The notes under the pieces are model-generated. The model made no database searches. It was not told where the DNA came from and saw only the letters and a list, made by a program, of their open reading frames with translations. From Chloroflexota bacterium (lineage in GTDB: Bacteria; Chloroflexota; UBA11872; VXOZ01), in assembly GCA_963663275.1 (NCBI GenBank), contig OY760183.1, positions 2,560,001 through 2,624,000 on the forward strand: a stretch of 64,000 nucleotides of DNA, written 5' to 3'. This document shows positions 29,777 to 39,485 of the stretch, one piece after another (positions within the stretch are counted from its first letter, which is position 1; each line of letters starts with the position of its first letter). The position numbers and the translations under genes are program-made.

Positions 29777-31324
29777 ATGGCAACGTACTACGTCACTACT
29801 CCCATTTACTACCCCAACGCCAAGCCGCACATCGGCACGGCGTTTTGTACTATCGGCTGCGACGTGCAGGCGCGCTACCGCCGCCTGAAAGGGTACGATA
29901 CGTACTTCCTCACGGGCCTCGATGAGAACAGCCTCAACGTCGAGCGCCAGGCCAGAAGCCAGGGCAAGGAACCGCAGGACTACTGCGACGAAATGGCGAC
30001 GTTCTTCGAGGATCTCTGGGAGCGGCTGAACATCTCCCACGACGGCTTCATCCGTACCACTGAAGAGCGGCATAAGGACGCGGCGCGGCTCTTGTTGCAG
30101 CAGTGCTATGACGCCGGCGACATCTACAAGGGCACCTACGCCGGGTGGTACTGCCTGCCGTGCGAGGCCTTCTACGCCGATGACGACCTGGTTGACGGCA
30201 AGTGCCCGGTGCACGAGGCCGAGCCGGAGTGGACGGAGGAAGACAACTACTTCTTTGCGCTCTCCAAGTACCAGGACCGGCTGTTGGCGCTCTATGAGGA
30301 ACACCCGGAGTCCGTTCTGCCCGACTTCCGGCGGAACGAAGTCATCAACATGGTGCGCGGCGAGTTGCGTGACTTCAGCATTTCCCGCGCCAACAAGACC
30401 TGGGGCATCCCCGTTCCTTTTGACGAAGAGCAGGTCATTTACGTCTGGTTCGACGCGCTTACCAACTACATTACCGGCGTTGGGTTTGGGCAGGACGACG
30501 CCATGTTCGCTCGCTACTGGCCGGCAGACGCCCACGTCGTTGGCAAAGACATCATCCGCTTTCACTGCGTCTACTGGCCGGCAATGCTGATGTCCGCCGG
30601 CGTGCCGCTCCCAACAACCGTGTGGGCGCACGGCTGGGTCATGTTCCGCGGCGAGAAGATGAGCAAGTCTCGCGGCGCCGGCGTTGACCCTTTCGAGATG
30701 GTGGCCGAATTCGGCCCCGACGCCGTGCGCTACTTTCTGATGCGGGAAATCCCGTTCGACCAGGACGGCGTCTTCTCCTGGGAGAGTTTCTACAACCGCT
30801 ACAACGCCGATCTGGCCAACGACCTGGGCAACCTGGTCCACCGCACCACGTCGATGCTTAAGCGTTACTTCGACGGCGCGTTGCCCGCTCCCGGCGCTGA
30901 GACCGCGCTGGACGCCTCCCTGCGGGAGACCGCGCAAGACGCGATCGCGGGCGCGGAGCGCGGGTTGGAATCCTGGGACCTGGACGCGGCGCTGGATAGC
31001 ATCTGGACGCTCGTCACCCGGGCCAATCGCTACATCGAGGAAAACGCCCCCTGGGAACTGGCGAAACAACCCGACCGGCGCGAGCGCCTGGGCACGGTGC
31101 TCTACAACGTGACGGAAGCCGTGCGCGTGCTGGCCCTCTTGCTCGGCCCCTACATTCCGCAGACCGCCGACACGATACTGGAGCGGTTGGGCGAACCGCC
31201 GCTGGCGGAGGGCGCGTGGGAATCCCGCCTCGCGTGGGGACTGCTCACGGCTGATCGCGCCATTGCCGCCGGCGCGCCGCTCTTCCCGCGCCTGGAAGCG
31301 CCGGAGTTCGCGGAGAGCACGTAG
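29777..31324 (+). CDS. metG: methionyl-tRNA synthetase (short form without C-terminal tRNA-binding domain)
   Basis: TTPIYYPN..PHIG, YVWFDAL, GKDI.RFH..YWP, KMSKS. Confidence 0.97.
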   Translation: MATYYVTTPIYYPNAKPHIGTAFCTIGCDVQARYRRLKGYDTYFLTGLDENSLNVERQARSQGKEPQDYCDEMATFFEDLWERLNISHDGFIRTTEERHKDAARLLLQQCYDAGDIYKGTYAGWYCLPCEAFYADDDLVDGKCPVHEAEPEWTEEDNYFFALSKYQDRLLALYEEHPESVLPDFRRNEVINMVRGELRDFSISRANKTWGIPVPFDEEQVIYVWFDALTNYITGVGFGQDDAMFARYWPADAHVVGKDIIRFHCVYWPAMLMSAGVPLPTTVWAHGWVMFRGEKMSKSRGAGVDPFEMVAEFGPDAVRYFLMREIPFDQDGVFSWESFYNRYNADLANDLGNLVHRTTSMLKRYFDGALPAPGAETALDASLRETAQDAIAGAERGLESWDLDAALDSIWTLVTRANRYIEENAPWELAKQPDRRERLGTVLYNVTEAVRVLALLLGPYIPQTADTILERLGEPPLAEGAWESRLAWGLLTADRAIAAGAPLFPRLEAPEFAEST

Positions 31325-31348
31325 CCCGCGCTCCCCGGTGCCCCTATG

Positions 31349-31488
31349 GAGACATTTGCATAACTCTGTCATTCTGGCGAAAGCCGGAATCCAGGGTGTC
31401 CTTACACCTAACGATTGCGTGAAGTCAATCCGATTCACCCCCATCCCGGCCTTCCCCCTCAATGGGGAAGGGGTTATGCAAAGGTTTC
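31349..31488. mobile_element. 140-bp MITE-like element, copy 2 (TIR GAGACATTTGCATAAC...GTTATGCAAAGGTTTC) with CTATG target duplication
   Basis: 14/16 TIR; CTATG on both sides (31344-31348, 31489-31493); inverted homolog of 15580-15720. Confidence 0.82.
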
Positions 31489-31490
31489 CT

Positions 31491-32270
31491 ATGACGGATA
31501 CCCACGCCCACATCAACATGCCGCGCTTTGCCGACGACCTGGCGGCAGTGGTAGGGCGCGCCAATGCGGCAAACGTCAAGACAATCATCGTAGTCGGCGT
31601 GGACATACCTTCCAGCCGAGGAGCCGTCGAGATCGCCGCGGGCTTTCCCGGCTGCTGGGCGGCGGTCGGCGTGCATCCCCATGAAGCGGACTCCTGCACA
31701 ACCGCCACGTGGCGCGAGTTAGACGCGCTCGCGCAAGCGCCGGAGGTGGTCGCCATCGGTGAAACCGGCCTGGACTACTACCGCATGAATTCCGGCAAGG
31801 AAGCGCAGCAATCCGCCTTTACCCGCCACCTTGCGCTCGCCGCTGAGCGCCAACTGCCCGTCATCGTCCACGTGCGCGACGCCTATGCCGACGCGCAGCG
31901 CCTGCTCACGCGCGCCATGCCCCCGCGGCGCGCCGTGATGCACTGTTTTTCCGGCGATAGCGCCCAGGCGACGGCGTTCGTCGAGCTTGGGTGCATGATT
32001 TCGCTTGCGGGGCCGGTGACGTTCCGCAGAGCGGCGAAGTTACACGCCGTCGCAAAGATGGTACCATCGGAGAGGCTCCTCGTAGAGACGGACTGCCCGT
32101 ATCTCGCGCCGGTTCCCTACCGGGGCAAGCGGAACGAACCGGCCTACGTCCGCTACACGCTGGATGCTATCGCGCAGCGGCGCGGCGTCGCGCCGCGCAA
32201 ACTGGAAGAGATTACGGACCGCAATGCCCAGACGTTCTTCGGAATCAATGCCCTCGGCGCGGCCCAATGA
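31491..32270 (+). CDS. tatD: TatD family deoxyribonuclease
   Basis: DTHAH, GVHPH, AIGETGLDY, HCFSG, ETDCPYLAP...RGKRNEP; follows metG. Confidence 0.93.
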   Translation: MTDTHAHINMPRFADDLAAVVGRANAANVKTIIVVGVDIPSSRGAVEIAAGFPGCWAAVGVHPHEADSCTTATWRELDALAQAPEVVAIGETGLDYYRMNSGKEAQQSAFTRHLALAAERQLPVIVHVRDAYADAQRLLTRAMPPRRAVMHCFSGDSAQATAFVELGCMISLAGPVTFRRAAKLHAVAKMVPSERLLVETDCPYLAPVPYRGKRNEPAYVRYTLDAIAQRRGVAPRKLEEITDRNAQTFFGINALGAAQ

Positions 32271-32298
32271 CGGGGGCGCATCCGGCGATGCTGCCGCC

Positions 32299-33339
32299 AT
32301 GAGAAGTGTGGTCGCATCCGGCCGCGCGGGGGCGACGATCGCCCAGATAGGCGCGCCGGTGGCGGAGCGGCTCGACCAGGTGGAGACCTTCCTATCGGCG
32401 GTGTGGGAAGAGACGCCGAACCCGGCGCTCTCCCAGTTGGTGCGCCACATCCTGGCGTCCGGCGGCAAGAAACTGCGGCCGCTCCTCACCTTGCTCTGCG
32501 CCTCGGCGCATGAGCCCGCCGACTTTCGCGCGGTGCAAGTGGCGGCCGCGATCGAAATTCTCCACGCCGCCACGCTGATTCACGACGACGTCATCGATCA
32601 CGCCTACGTGCGGCGCGGCCTGCCGACGGCCAACGCCCGCTGGTCCAACGCCCTTGCCGTGCTCTCCGGCGACTATCTCTTCGCCAAGTGCTCCCACGTG
32701 GTGGCGGAACTGGGCGACCCGGCCCTGGTCCGCATCCTGGCGCGCACCGTTATGCGCATGGTTGCCAGCGAGACCACGCAATTCTCAAGCCTGGAGCGCA
32801 TCGACGTGGTGCAGGAAGAATACTACCGCAAGGTGCGGGGCAAGACGGCTTCTCTGCTGGAGTTGTGCTGTGAAGCGGGCGGACTGGTCGGCGGCGCTTC
32901 TAGCGAGCAGCGAGACGCCCTGCGCCGCTATGGCGAAAACGTGGGCATCGCCTTCCAAATCGTGGACGACATCCTGGACATCGCCGGCACTGAAGAGGAA
33001 TTGGGCAAGCCGGTCGGGGGCGACCTGCGCGAAGGCACCATTACGCTGCCCATCATCATCTTCCTGCGCCAGCAACCGGCGCACGCGGCCGTCAACCGCC
33101 TGTTCGGGCGGGGAGCCGACGGTGAGTTGGTCGAAGACGGCGGCCTTGGCGAAGACGATGAGAACGCGCTCTGGGAAGCGGTGGAGGCCATCCGCCAATC
33201 CCAGGCGCTGGAAGACGCCTATGCCCAAGCCCGCCGGTTTGGCGAGCGGGCGCGCGCGGCCCTGGCCGCGCTGCCGCCCGGCGAGAGCCGCGACTCGCTC
33301 GATAAGCTCATCGACTACGTTGTGGAGCGGCGACAGTAG
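32299..33339 (+). CDS. polyprenyl diphosphate synthase (HepT/IspB-like)
   Basis: GGKKLRP, HDDVID...RRG, GKTA, FQIVDDILD, GKPVGGDLREG. Confidence 0.92.
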   Translation: MRSVVASGRAGATIAQIGAPVAERLDQVETFLSAVWEETPNPALSQLVRHILASGGKKLRPLLTLLCASAHEPADFRAVQVAAAIEILHAATLIHDDVIDHAYVRRGLPTANARWSNALAVLSGDYLFAKCSHVVAELGDPALVRILARTVMRMVASETTQFSSLERIDVVQEEYYRKVRGKTASLLELCCEAGGLVGGASSEQRDALRRYGENVGIAFQIVDDILDIAGTEEELGKPVGGDLREGTITLPIIIFLRQQPAHAAVNRLFGRGADGELVEDGGLGEDDENALWEAVEAIRQSQALEDAYAQARRFGERARAALAALPPGESRDSLDKLIDYVVERRQ

Positions 33340-33394
33340 CCGATTAAGCGGCCCTCCCGCGCGGGAGGGCCGGACGAAACGCAAGGGGTTTCCC

Positions 33395-34864
33395 ATGGCG
33401 CGTGTGCTCATCGCGGAATTGCAGCAGGAGACGGCAACCTTCAACCCGCACTTGACTCGTTACGAGGACTTTCGCGTCGTGCGCGGCGCCGCTGTCGTGG
33501 AGGAACTTCAGGGCACGCAGACCGAGATTGCCGGGGCGCTGGACGTCTTTGCCGAGCACGGCAACATCACGGTCGTCCCTACGGTAGCGGCGTGGGCCGT
33601 GCCCCACGGCCCGGCGGAGGACGCCGTTCTGGAGCGGCTCATTCAGGAAATCCTCGCCGCCGCGGAGCAGAACCGGGACGTGGACGGCGTGCTGCTCGTC
33701 CTCCACGGCGCCATGGCCAGCGAAACCGAGTTCGACCCCGAAGGCAAACTCCTCTCCGCGCTGCGCGCCTGCATGGGATCTATTCCAATTGTCGCCTCGC
33801 TCGATCTCCACGCCGTGATTACCGACCGCATGATCCAGGAAGCGGACATGCTGGTCGGTTACCACACCTATCCGCACACGGACTTCTACGAGACGGGAGT
33901 GCGGGCCGCCCGCGCGTTGACGGCCATGCTGGACGACGGCGTTTCGCCGGTCACGGCCCGGGTCGCTATTCCCCTCATGGCGCGCGGCGATGAACTGCTG
34001 ACGGACACCGGACGATTTGGCGATGCGATACGCATGTGCCAGGCGCTGGAGGAATCCCCGGGCGGACTGGTCGCCAACATCTATCTCTCCAATCCCTTTA
34101 CCGACGTGCCCGACCTCCAGTCTTACGTGATTGTGACGACGGACGGCGACAGTGAACGAGCGAAAGCGGAAGCCGAACGCATTGCCGCGTTCATGTGGGA
34201 CAACCGGGAGTTGTGGATGGCGGAACTGACGCTGCTGCCCGAGGCGGTGGCGCGGGCGCAGGCGACCCCCGGCCTGACGGTCTTTTCCGATGCCGCCGAC
34301 GCCACGACCTCCGGCGCGCCGGGGGACAGCAACGCCGTGCTCAAGGAACTGCTGGCGCAAGAATTCCGGGGACGCGCGTTGATTCCGCTCGTCGACGCGC
34401 CGGCGGCGGCGGCCGCGTTCGAAGCGGGCGTGGGCGGTACTATTACAATTCCGCTGGGCGGCACCTTGGATCCCGGTCGTCACACACCGTTTCCGACTAC
34501 CGTTTATGTAAAGAGCTTGCACGACGGCGCGTTTGCCTACGAGAACGGCGTCGCCGAAGACGCGGGACGTACCGCGGTGCTCACCATCGACGACATTACG
34601 CTGCTCGTCACCGAGCGGTGCGTGCTCTTCGTTGGCCGTAGGGTGTTCCAGGCGTTCGGCCTGGAGCCGCAAGACTTCTCCCTGGTGGTCGCGAAGTCTC
34701 CCAACGGATTCCGCACCTGGTACGAGTCGATCGCCGAGCTTATTCTCCACCTGGACACGCCCGGCTCCGCCAGCCTCAATCTGGAATCACTGCCATACGA
34801 ACACTGCGTGCGCCCGATCTATCCGCTGGACAAAGACGTGGTCGCCACACTGCGCGCCGACTAG
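33395..34864 (+). CDS. M81 family metallopeptidase (MlrC-like)
   Basis: QETATFNP, LHGAM, SLDLHA, YHTYPHTD, D..D...GAPGD, VVAKS; ATG at 33395. Confidence 0.85.
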   Translation: MARVLIAELQQETATFNPHLTRYEDFRVVRGAAVVEELQGTQTEIAGALDVFAEHGNITVVPTVAAWAVPHGPAEDAVLERLIQEILAAAEQNRDVDGVLLVLHGAMASETEFDPEGKLLSALRACMGSIPIVASLDLHAVITDRMIQEADMLVGYHTYPHTDFYETGVRAARALTAMLDDGVSPVTARVAIPLMARGDELLTDTGRFGDAIRMCQALEESPGGLVANIYLSNPFTDVPDLQSYVIVTTDGDSERAKAEAERIAAFMWDNRELWMAELTLLPEAVARAQATPGLTVFSDAADATTSGAPGDSNAVLKELLAQEFRGRALIPLVDAPAAAAAFEAGVGGTITIPLGGTLDPGRHTPFPTTVYVKSLHDGAFAYENGVAEDAGRTAVLTIDDITLLVTERCVLFVGRRVFQAFGLEPQDFSLVVAKSPNGFRTWYESIAELILHLDTPGSASLNLESLPYEHCVRPIYPLDKDVVATLRAD

Positions 34865-34930
34865 ACTGCCAGTTTCGGTTCGACACCGCCACTACCGTTT
34901 CCAAAGTGACTTGACAGTTGCCTGGCTCCG

Positions 34931-34971
34931 CTCTTATCCCCTCTCCCTCTGGGAGAGGGCTAGGGTGAGGG
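34931..34971. repeat. CCCTCTCCC-N-GGGAGAGGG-TAGGGTGAGG palindromic repeat
   Basis: near-identical to 27366-27405. Confidence 0.75.
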
Positions 34972-35055
34972 TCGGACATCGGGCAGAGCGCGTTGCAGGA
35001 CGCCGGCGCGCAGACGGACCATCCTCCCACTCGGCGCCGCGCGAAAAGCAAAGCC

Positions 35056-35775
35056 TTGGTCTCACAACAAGAAAAACCCACGTACGTGCGGCGCATGTTC
35101 GACGCCATCGCGCCCACGTACGACTTCATGAACTCCGTCATGACCGCGGGCGCGCACCATCTCTGGCGGCGCGCCGCCGCGCGCCAAATCGCGGAAGGGG
35201 ATCCCCGGGTCGTCTTAGACCTTGCCTGCGGCACCGGCGACCTCAGCTTCGCCGTCATGCGGGAGGCCATGGCGCCCTGCGCCATACTGGGCGCCGACTT
35301 TTCACGGCCGATGCTCAGTCTGGCCCAAGAAAAGCACGCGCGCCTGCCGGAGAAGCGCTTCCCGGTGGCATTCCTGCAAGCGGACGTGCTGGCGCTGCCG
35401 CTGCCGGACGCCAGCGTTGACGTGGTGACGAACGCCTTTCTCCTCCGCAATCTCGTTGACCTTGGCGCTTTCTTCGGCGAGTGCCGCCGCGTTTTGCGCC
35501 CCGGCGGACAATACGTCTCGTTGGAGATCACCCATCCGCCCTATCCGGGTTTCCGCAGCGCCTTCCAGCTCTATTTCAACAACGTCGTGCCGCTCCTGGG
35601 CAAACTCCTGGTGCGCCGCCAGGAAGCGTACACCTACCTGCCTATGTCGCTGCAGCCCTTCCCGGACGCGCCCACCCTGGCGCGGGCCATGCAGGATGCC
35701 GGTTTCACGGACGTTTCGTACCGCTATCTGGGACTTGGCACAGTAGCGGTGCACAGTGCAAGTAAGGTATCCTAA
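35056..35775 (+). CDS. menG: demethylmenaquinone methyltransferase (UbiE/MenG family)
   Basis: MFDAIAPTYD.MN, VLDLACGTGD, RVLRPGG, AYTYLP.S; start uncertain (34993-35095). Confidence 0.9.
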   Translation: MVSQQEKPTYVRRMFDAIAPTYDFMNSVMTAGAHHLWRRAAARQIAEGDPRVVLDLACGTGDLSFAVMREAMAPCAILGADFSRPMLSLAQEKHARLPEKRFPVAFLQADVLALPLPDASVDVVTNAFLLRNLVDLGAFFGECRRVLRPGGQYVSLEITHPPYPGFRSAFQLYFNNVVPLLGKLLVRRQEAYTYLPMSLQPFPDAPTLARAMQDAGFTDVSYRYLGLGTVAVHSASKVS

Positions 35776-35828
35776 CGTGTAACGCTGGAGAATTGTCGCC
35801 CGCCAGTCAACTGAAGGAGAACCCTCCC

Positions 35829-37001
35829 ATGAAACGATTCGTCGGACTCGCGATTCTACTGAGCCTCGCCCTCTCGCTCCTCGCCGCACCGGCCGCGTTC
35901 GCGGCCGACTTCAGGACGGATACGGACGTGACCATTGGCGCAGGTGAAGTCATCGATGACGACCTCTACCTGTTTGCCACGTCCGTCACCATCGACGGCA
36001 CGGTGAATGGAGACGTCTTCATCCTGGCAACCTCGCTAAAGATCAACGGTACCGTCAATGGCGGCGCGGCCATCGCGGCCAACGACGTCGTCATCGCCGG
36101 CGAGGTGACACAGCGCGTGCGCGTAGCCAGCAACTCGGTCTTGGTAACGGGTTCGATTGGCGGCGACCTCCTGGCAGCCGCCAACGACGTGAAGATTGAC
36201 CCTGGCGCGGTCATCGGACGCGACCTGATTCTGGCGGTCAATTCGCTCACGCTCGATGGCGCGGTGGAACGCCGTGTTGGGGGCGCGGTCAGCAGTGCGA
36301 CTCTGAACGGCGCCGTGGGCACGGACGTTGACATTGACGTGGAAAACCTCACGGTTACCGGCGATGCGAGCATTGGCCGCGACCTTACCTACCGCTCCGA
36401 TAATGCGGCCGAGATTGCCCAAGGCGCTCAGATTGGCGGCGAAGTCACCGCCGAGGCGGCGGCCGACATGGATGCGGCAGCGGATTCCGGCTTCTCGTTC
36501 GACTCGATCGTGCCTGCTCTCGTCGGCCTCGTCATCGCCGCGGTCTACGGCACGGTAATGCTCTTCGGCCTGCCCCGCATCACGCTCGCGACTTCGAACC
36601 AGTTGATTGAAAGCCCGCTGCTCAGTCTTGGCTTGGGCGTCGTCTCTCTCATCTTGGTGCCGATAATTGCTATCCTGGTGATGGTCACGGTTGTGGGCAT
36701 TCCGGTAGGATTGGCTCTCATCTTGCTCTACGTCGTAGCGCTCTACTCGGGGCAAGTGTTCGTGGGCATGTCGATTGGCAGGCTCATCCTGAGTTTCTTC
36801 TCCGATGCCAACCGGCGCCTGATGCAGTTCCTGGGGCTTCTCCTTGGTCTCGTGATTCTGTCCGCCATCACGTTCATTCCGTACGTTGGAGCATGGACGG
36901 GGCTCATCGTGGCCATATTCGGTTTGGGCGGTTTGATGATCACGATCGGACGCTTGCGCCGCGAGCCCGCGCGCGCCGCGTCGCCGCCGGCTGAGGGGTA
37001 G
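35829..37001 (+). CDS. membrane protein with signal peptide, beta-helical (bactofilin/polymer-forming-like) repeats and C-terminal TM domain
   Basis: repeated (I/V)xGxVxGD units followed by about 5 TM segments ending IPYVG; AAGGAG RBS. Confidence 0.75.
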   Translation: MKRFVGLAILLSLALSLLAAPAAFAADFRTDTDVTIGAGEVIDDDLYLFATSVTIDGTVNGDVFILATSLKINGTVNGGAAIAANDVVIAGEVTQRVRVASNSVLVTGSIGGDLLAAANDVKIDPGAVIGRDLILAVNSLTLDGAVERRVGGAVSSATLNGAVGTDVDIDVENLTVTGDASIGRDLTYRSDNAAEIAQGAQIGGEVTAEAAADMDAAADSGFSFDSIVPALVGLVIAAVYGTVMLFGLPRITLATSNQLIESPLLSLGLGVVSLILVPIIAILVMVTVVGIPVGLALILLYVVALYSGQVFVGMSIGRLILSFFSDANRRLMQFLGLLLGLVILSAITFIPYVGAWTGLIVAIFGLGGLMITIGRLRREPARAASPPAEG

Positions 37002-37006
37002 GCTAC

Positions 37007-38056
37007 GTGCGGAAGGGAGCGGCCGCCGCTTGCGCGGCGGCTGAGCTAGCGTACGATTCCGCTCCCTCCCGCGACCGGTGGGACGAGTTCGCGACCGCCC
37101 ACGGCGGCCAATTGCTCCAAAGCTGGGCGTGGGGCGATTTCAAGGCGCGCACGGGCTGGCAAACATCGCGCGTGATTGCACTGCGAGACGGCCGGCCCGT
37201 GGCCGCCGCTCAATGGCTGCGGCGGCGCGTGCCCTTACTCGGCGCTTTCGCGTACGTGCCCCGGGGGCCGGTGGTTGCGCCGGATGAATCCGCCGCGGCG
37301 GCGCCTCTCTTGCGGCACGTGGCAACGGCCGCCCGGCGCGCGGGCGCGTTCGGCCTGTGGGTTGAGCCGCCGTGGGCGCGCGATCGCGGCCCGGCGCTGC
37401 CCACGGAATTTGCCGCTACGCCGGAGTACGTCCAACCCCAAGCCACCGGTCTGGTTGACCTCCGCTCCGACGACGACGCCATTCTCGGCGGGTTCCAAAG
37501 CAGTATGCGCCGCAACATCCGCCTGGCGGCGCGGCGGGGCTTGCGGGTGCGCGCCGGCGGCGCGGAGGCCGACTGGCTGGAGTTCTACGCGCAGCTGGCC
37601 GAAACGGCGGCGCGTGACGGTTTCGGCATTCACACGTGGCCGTACTTCGCGACCATGCGCGAGACTTTGGAAACGGCGGGCTTTGCCCAGTTGTTCCTGG
37701 CCGAGCACGGCGGCAGCGCCGTCGGCGGCCTGCTCCTCACCGTGTATGGCGGCGTCGCCGCGTACCTCTTTGGCGCCAGCGCCACGCGCGGACGGGATCT
37801 GCGCATCGGGCACGGCTTGCAGTGGCATGCCATGTGTTGGGCCAAGGAGAACGGCTGTCACACCTATGATCTTTGGGGCATGCCGGCCTCAGCCGGCCCG
37901 GCCGACCCTCTGGCCGGGGTCTACCGCTTCAAGCGCGGATTTTCGCCCCAGGTCGTCAGCTACGCGCCCACCGCGGTAGCCGCGCTCGACGCCCGCCGCT
38001 TCTGGGTGTGGCGTCGCTTGGCGCCGCTGGCGCGAAAGCTGCTGCCTGGACTCTGA
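37007..38056 (+). CDS. FemAB/FemX-like peptidoglycan bridge peptidyltransferase
   Basis: LLQSWAWG.FK, YVPRGP, RNIRLA.RRG, YLFGAS, YDLWG, GVYRFKRGF. Confidence 0.87.
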   Translation: MRKGAAAACAAAELAYDSAPSRDRWDEFATAHGGQLLQSWAWGDFKARTGWQTSRVIALRDGRPVAAAQWLRRRVPLLGAFAYVPRGPVVAPDESAAAAPLLRHVATAARRAGAFGLWVEPPWARDRGPALPTEFAATPEYVQPQATGLVDLRSDDDAILGGFQSSMRRNIRLAARRGLRVRAGGAEADWLEFYAQLAETAARDGFGIHTWPYFATMRETLETAGFAQLFLAEHGGSAVGGLLLTVYGGVAAYLFGASATRGRDLRIGHGLQWHAMCWAKENGCHTYDLWGMPASAGPADPLAGVYRFKRGFSPQVVSYAPTAVAALDARRFWVWRRLAPLARKLLPGL

Positions 38057-38081
38057 TGTCAAACCCCGCCCAACGCGCCTT

Positions 38082-39155
38082 GTGGGTCGCAGTGCCTTGA
38101 AATCTCCCGCCCTCACCGTCATCCCCAACGTCACGCAGGCGGCGTGGACGGAGGCGTTGCGCGCCTTGCCCAGCCCGCACTTCCTCCAAACCTGGGAATG
38201 GGGCGCGCTGAAGCAGCAATACGGGTGGCAGCCGCACCGGTTCCTCTACGAGCGCGACCGGCGCATGGTGGCGGCATGTACCGTGCACGTCCGCCGCCTC
38301 GGCCGGCTGCCCTGGACGATCGCCTACGTGCCGAAAGGCCCGCTGCTTGACTATTGCGACATTGGCGCGGACACCGGTGCCGCCCCGTTCGAGGCCGTGC
38401 TCGATCACATAGCCGCCGTCGCCAAGGCCGCGCGTGCGATTTATGTCAAGATCGACCCGGACTTTGCGGCGAACAACACGCTGGCGCAAGAAATCTACCG
38501 GCGGCACGGCTGGCAACCGAGCAGCGAGCAGATACAGTTTCCCCACACCGCCGTGCTCGATCTCAAGCCCGGTCCCGAGGCGCTTCTGGCCGCCATGAAA
38601 CCGAAGACGCGCTACAACATCCGCCTGGCGGCCCGGCGCGGGGTTACGGTAGAGCCGACCACCGACTGGCAGACGCTCCATCGACTCTACGCCGAGACCG
38701 CGCGCCGCGACGCCTTTCCGATCCGCGAGGAAAGCTACTATCACGCGCTGTGGTCTTCGTTTCACCAATCCGGCCAGGGCGAGGCCTTTCTGGCGCGGGT
38801 TGAAGGCGAGGCCGTGGCCGGACTCTTCCTCATGCGCGTCGGCGACACCGGCTGGTTCTTCACCGGCGCTTCCTCCCAGCGCCACCGGCGGATGATGCCC
38901 AACTACCTTCTCCAGTGGCACGCCATCCAATGGCTTAGCGAGCGAGGCTGCAAGCGGTACGATTTGTGGGGCGCGCCCGACGTGGCGGACGCGGATGATC
39001 CGTTGTGGGGCGTGTATCGCTTCAAGCAAGGCTTTGGCGCGCGCTACGCCCGGCGTCTCGGCGCGTACGACCGGGCGCTGAACCGTCCTCTCTACGCCGT
39101 TTTGACCCAACTTGCGCCGCGCTACTGGCAGGCGCGCCGCCGGCTGGCGCGATAG
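38082..39155 (+). CDS. FemAB/FemX-like peptidoglycan bridge peptidyltransferase (second paralog)
   Basis: FLQTWEWG.LK, YVPKGP, KTRYNIRLA.RRGV, YLLQW, GVYRFKQGFG. Confidence 0.89.
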   Translation: MGRSALKSPALTVIPNVTQAAWTEALRALPSPHFLQTWEWGALKQQYGWQPHRFLYERDRRMVAACTVHVRRLGRLPWTIAYVPKGPLLDYCDIGADTGAAPFEAVLDHIAAVAKAARAIYVKIDPDFAANNTLAQEIYRRHGWQPSSEQIQFPHTAVLDLKPGPEALLAAMKPKTRYNIRLAARRGVTVEPTTDWQTLHRLYAETARRDAFPIREESYYHALWSSFHQSGQGEAFLARVEGEAVAGLFLMRVGDTGWFFTGASSQRHRRMMPNYLLQWHAIQWLSERGCKRYDLWGAPDVADADDPLWGVYRFKQGFGARYARRLGAYDRALNRPLYAVLTQLAPRYWQARRRLAR

Positions 39156-39298
39156 TCTTGCAAGACTCTGGCTACATAGCGAGCCAGCGCTGTAGCTTGT
39201 TTTGCTGGGAGCCATCCTCAAAACACAGTTACTGGCTAATGAGTCTCAGCGCCGTCCATCATCGCTGTGGCGATTGCACTCACGCGCGGCCTCGCCCC

Positions 39299-39383
39299 GG
39301 TAGCGCAGGTTTGTAACCTGCGTCTCCCTCCCGTCAGGCTAGCGCCAGGATACCCGGAGGCGGGGGACGAGCCCCCGCGCTAC
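39299..39383. repeat. inverted heterodimer of family A and family B REPs (BIME-like)
   Basis: GGTAGCGCAGGTTTGTAACCTGCG (39299-39322) and GCGGGGGACGAGCCCCCGCGCTAC (39360-39383) with GTAG feet at the outer ends. Confidence 0.8.
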
Positions 39384-39485
39384 GTTGTCGCGGGCGTTTC
39401 GGTAGGCATGGCCGTCCTTGACCCCAAGAGCGGCGTACACTACCATGCGCGCAGACACCTCCGCGAACGTTTGGAGCAAGCGAAT

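Noticed and set aside
29774-31756. 660-aa minus-strand ORF and similar long antisense ORFs (e.g. 5364-6578, 10838-12061, 33344-34750, 41475-42653)
   Set aside because: Shadow frames opposite well-supported genes, expected from high-GC codon bias
32654-33394. 247-aa N-terminal extension of the M81 peptidase (also extensions on GH57, tatD, melA, M55)
   Set aside because: Overlaps the upstream gene in another frame or runs through repeats; family homology begins at the downstream start
33395-34864. Microcystin degradation (mlr) cluster
   Set aside because: Only an MlrC-like gene; no mlrA, mlrB or mlrD, and M81 homologs are common
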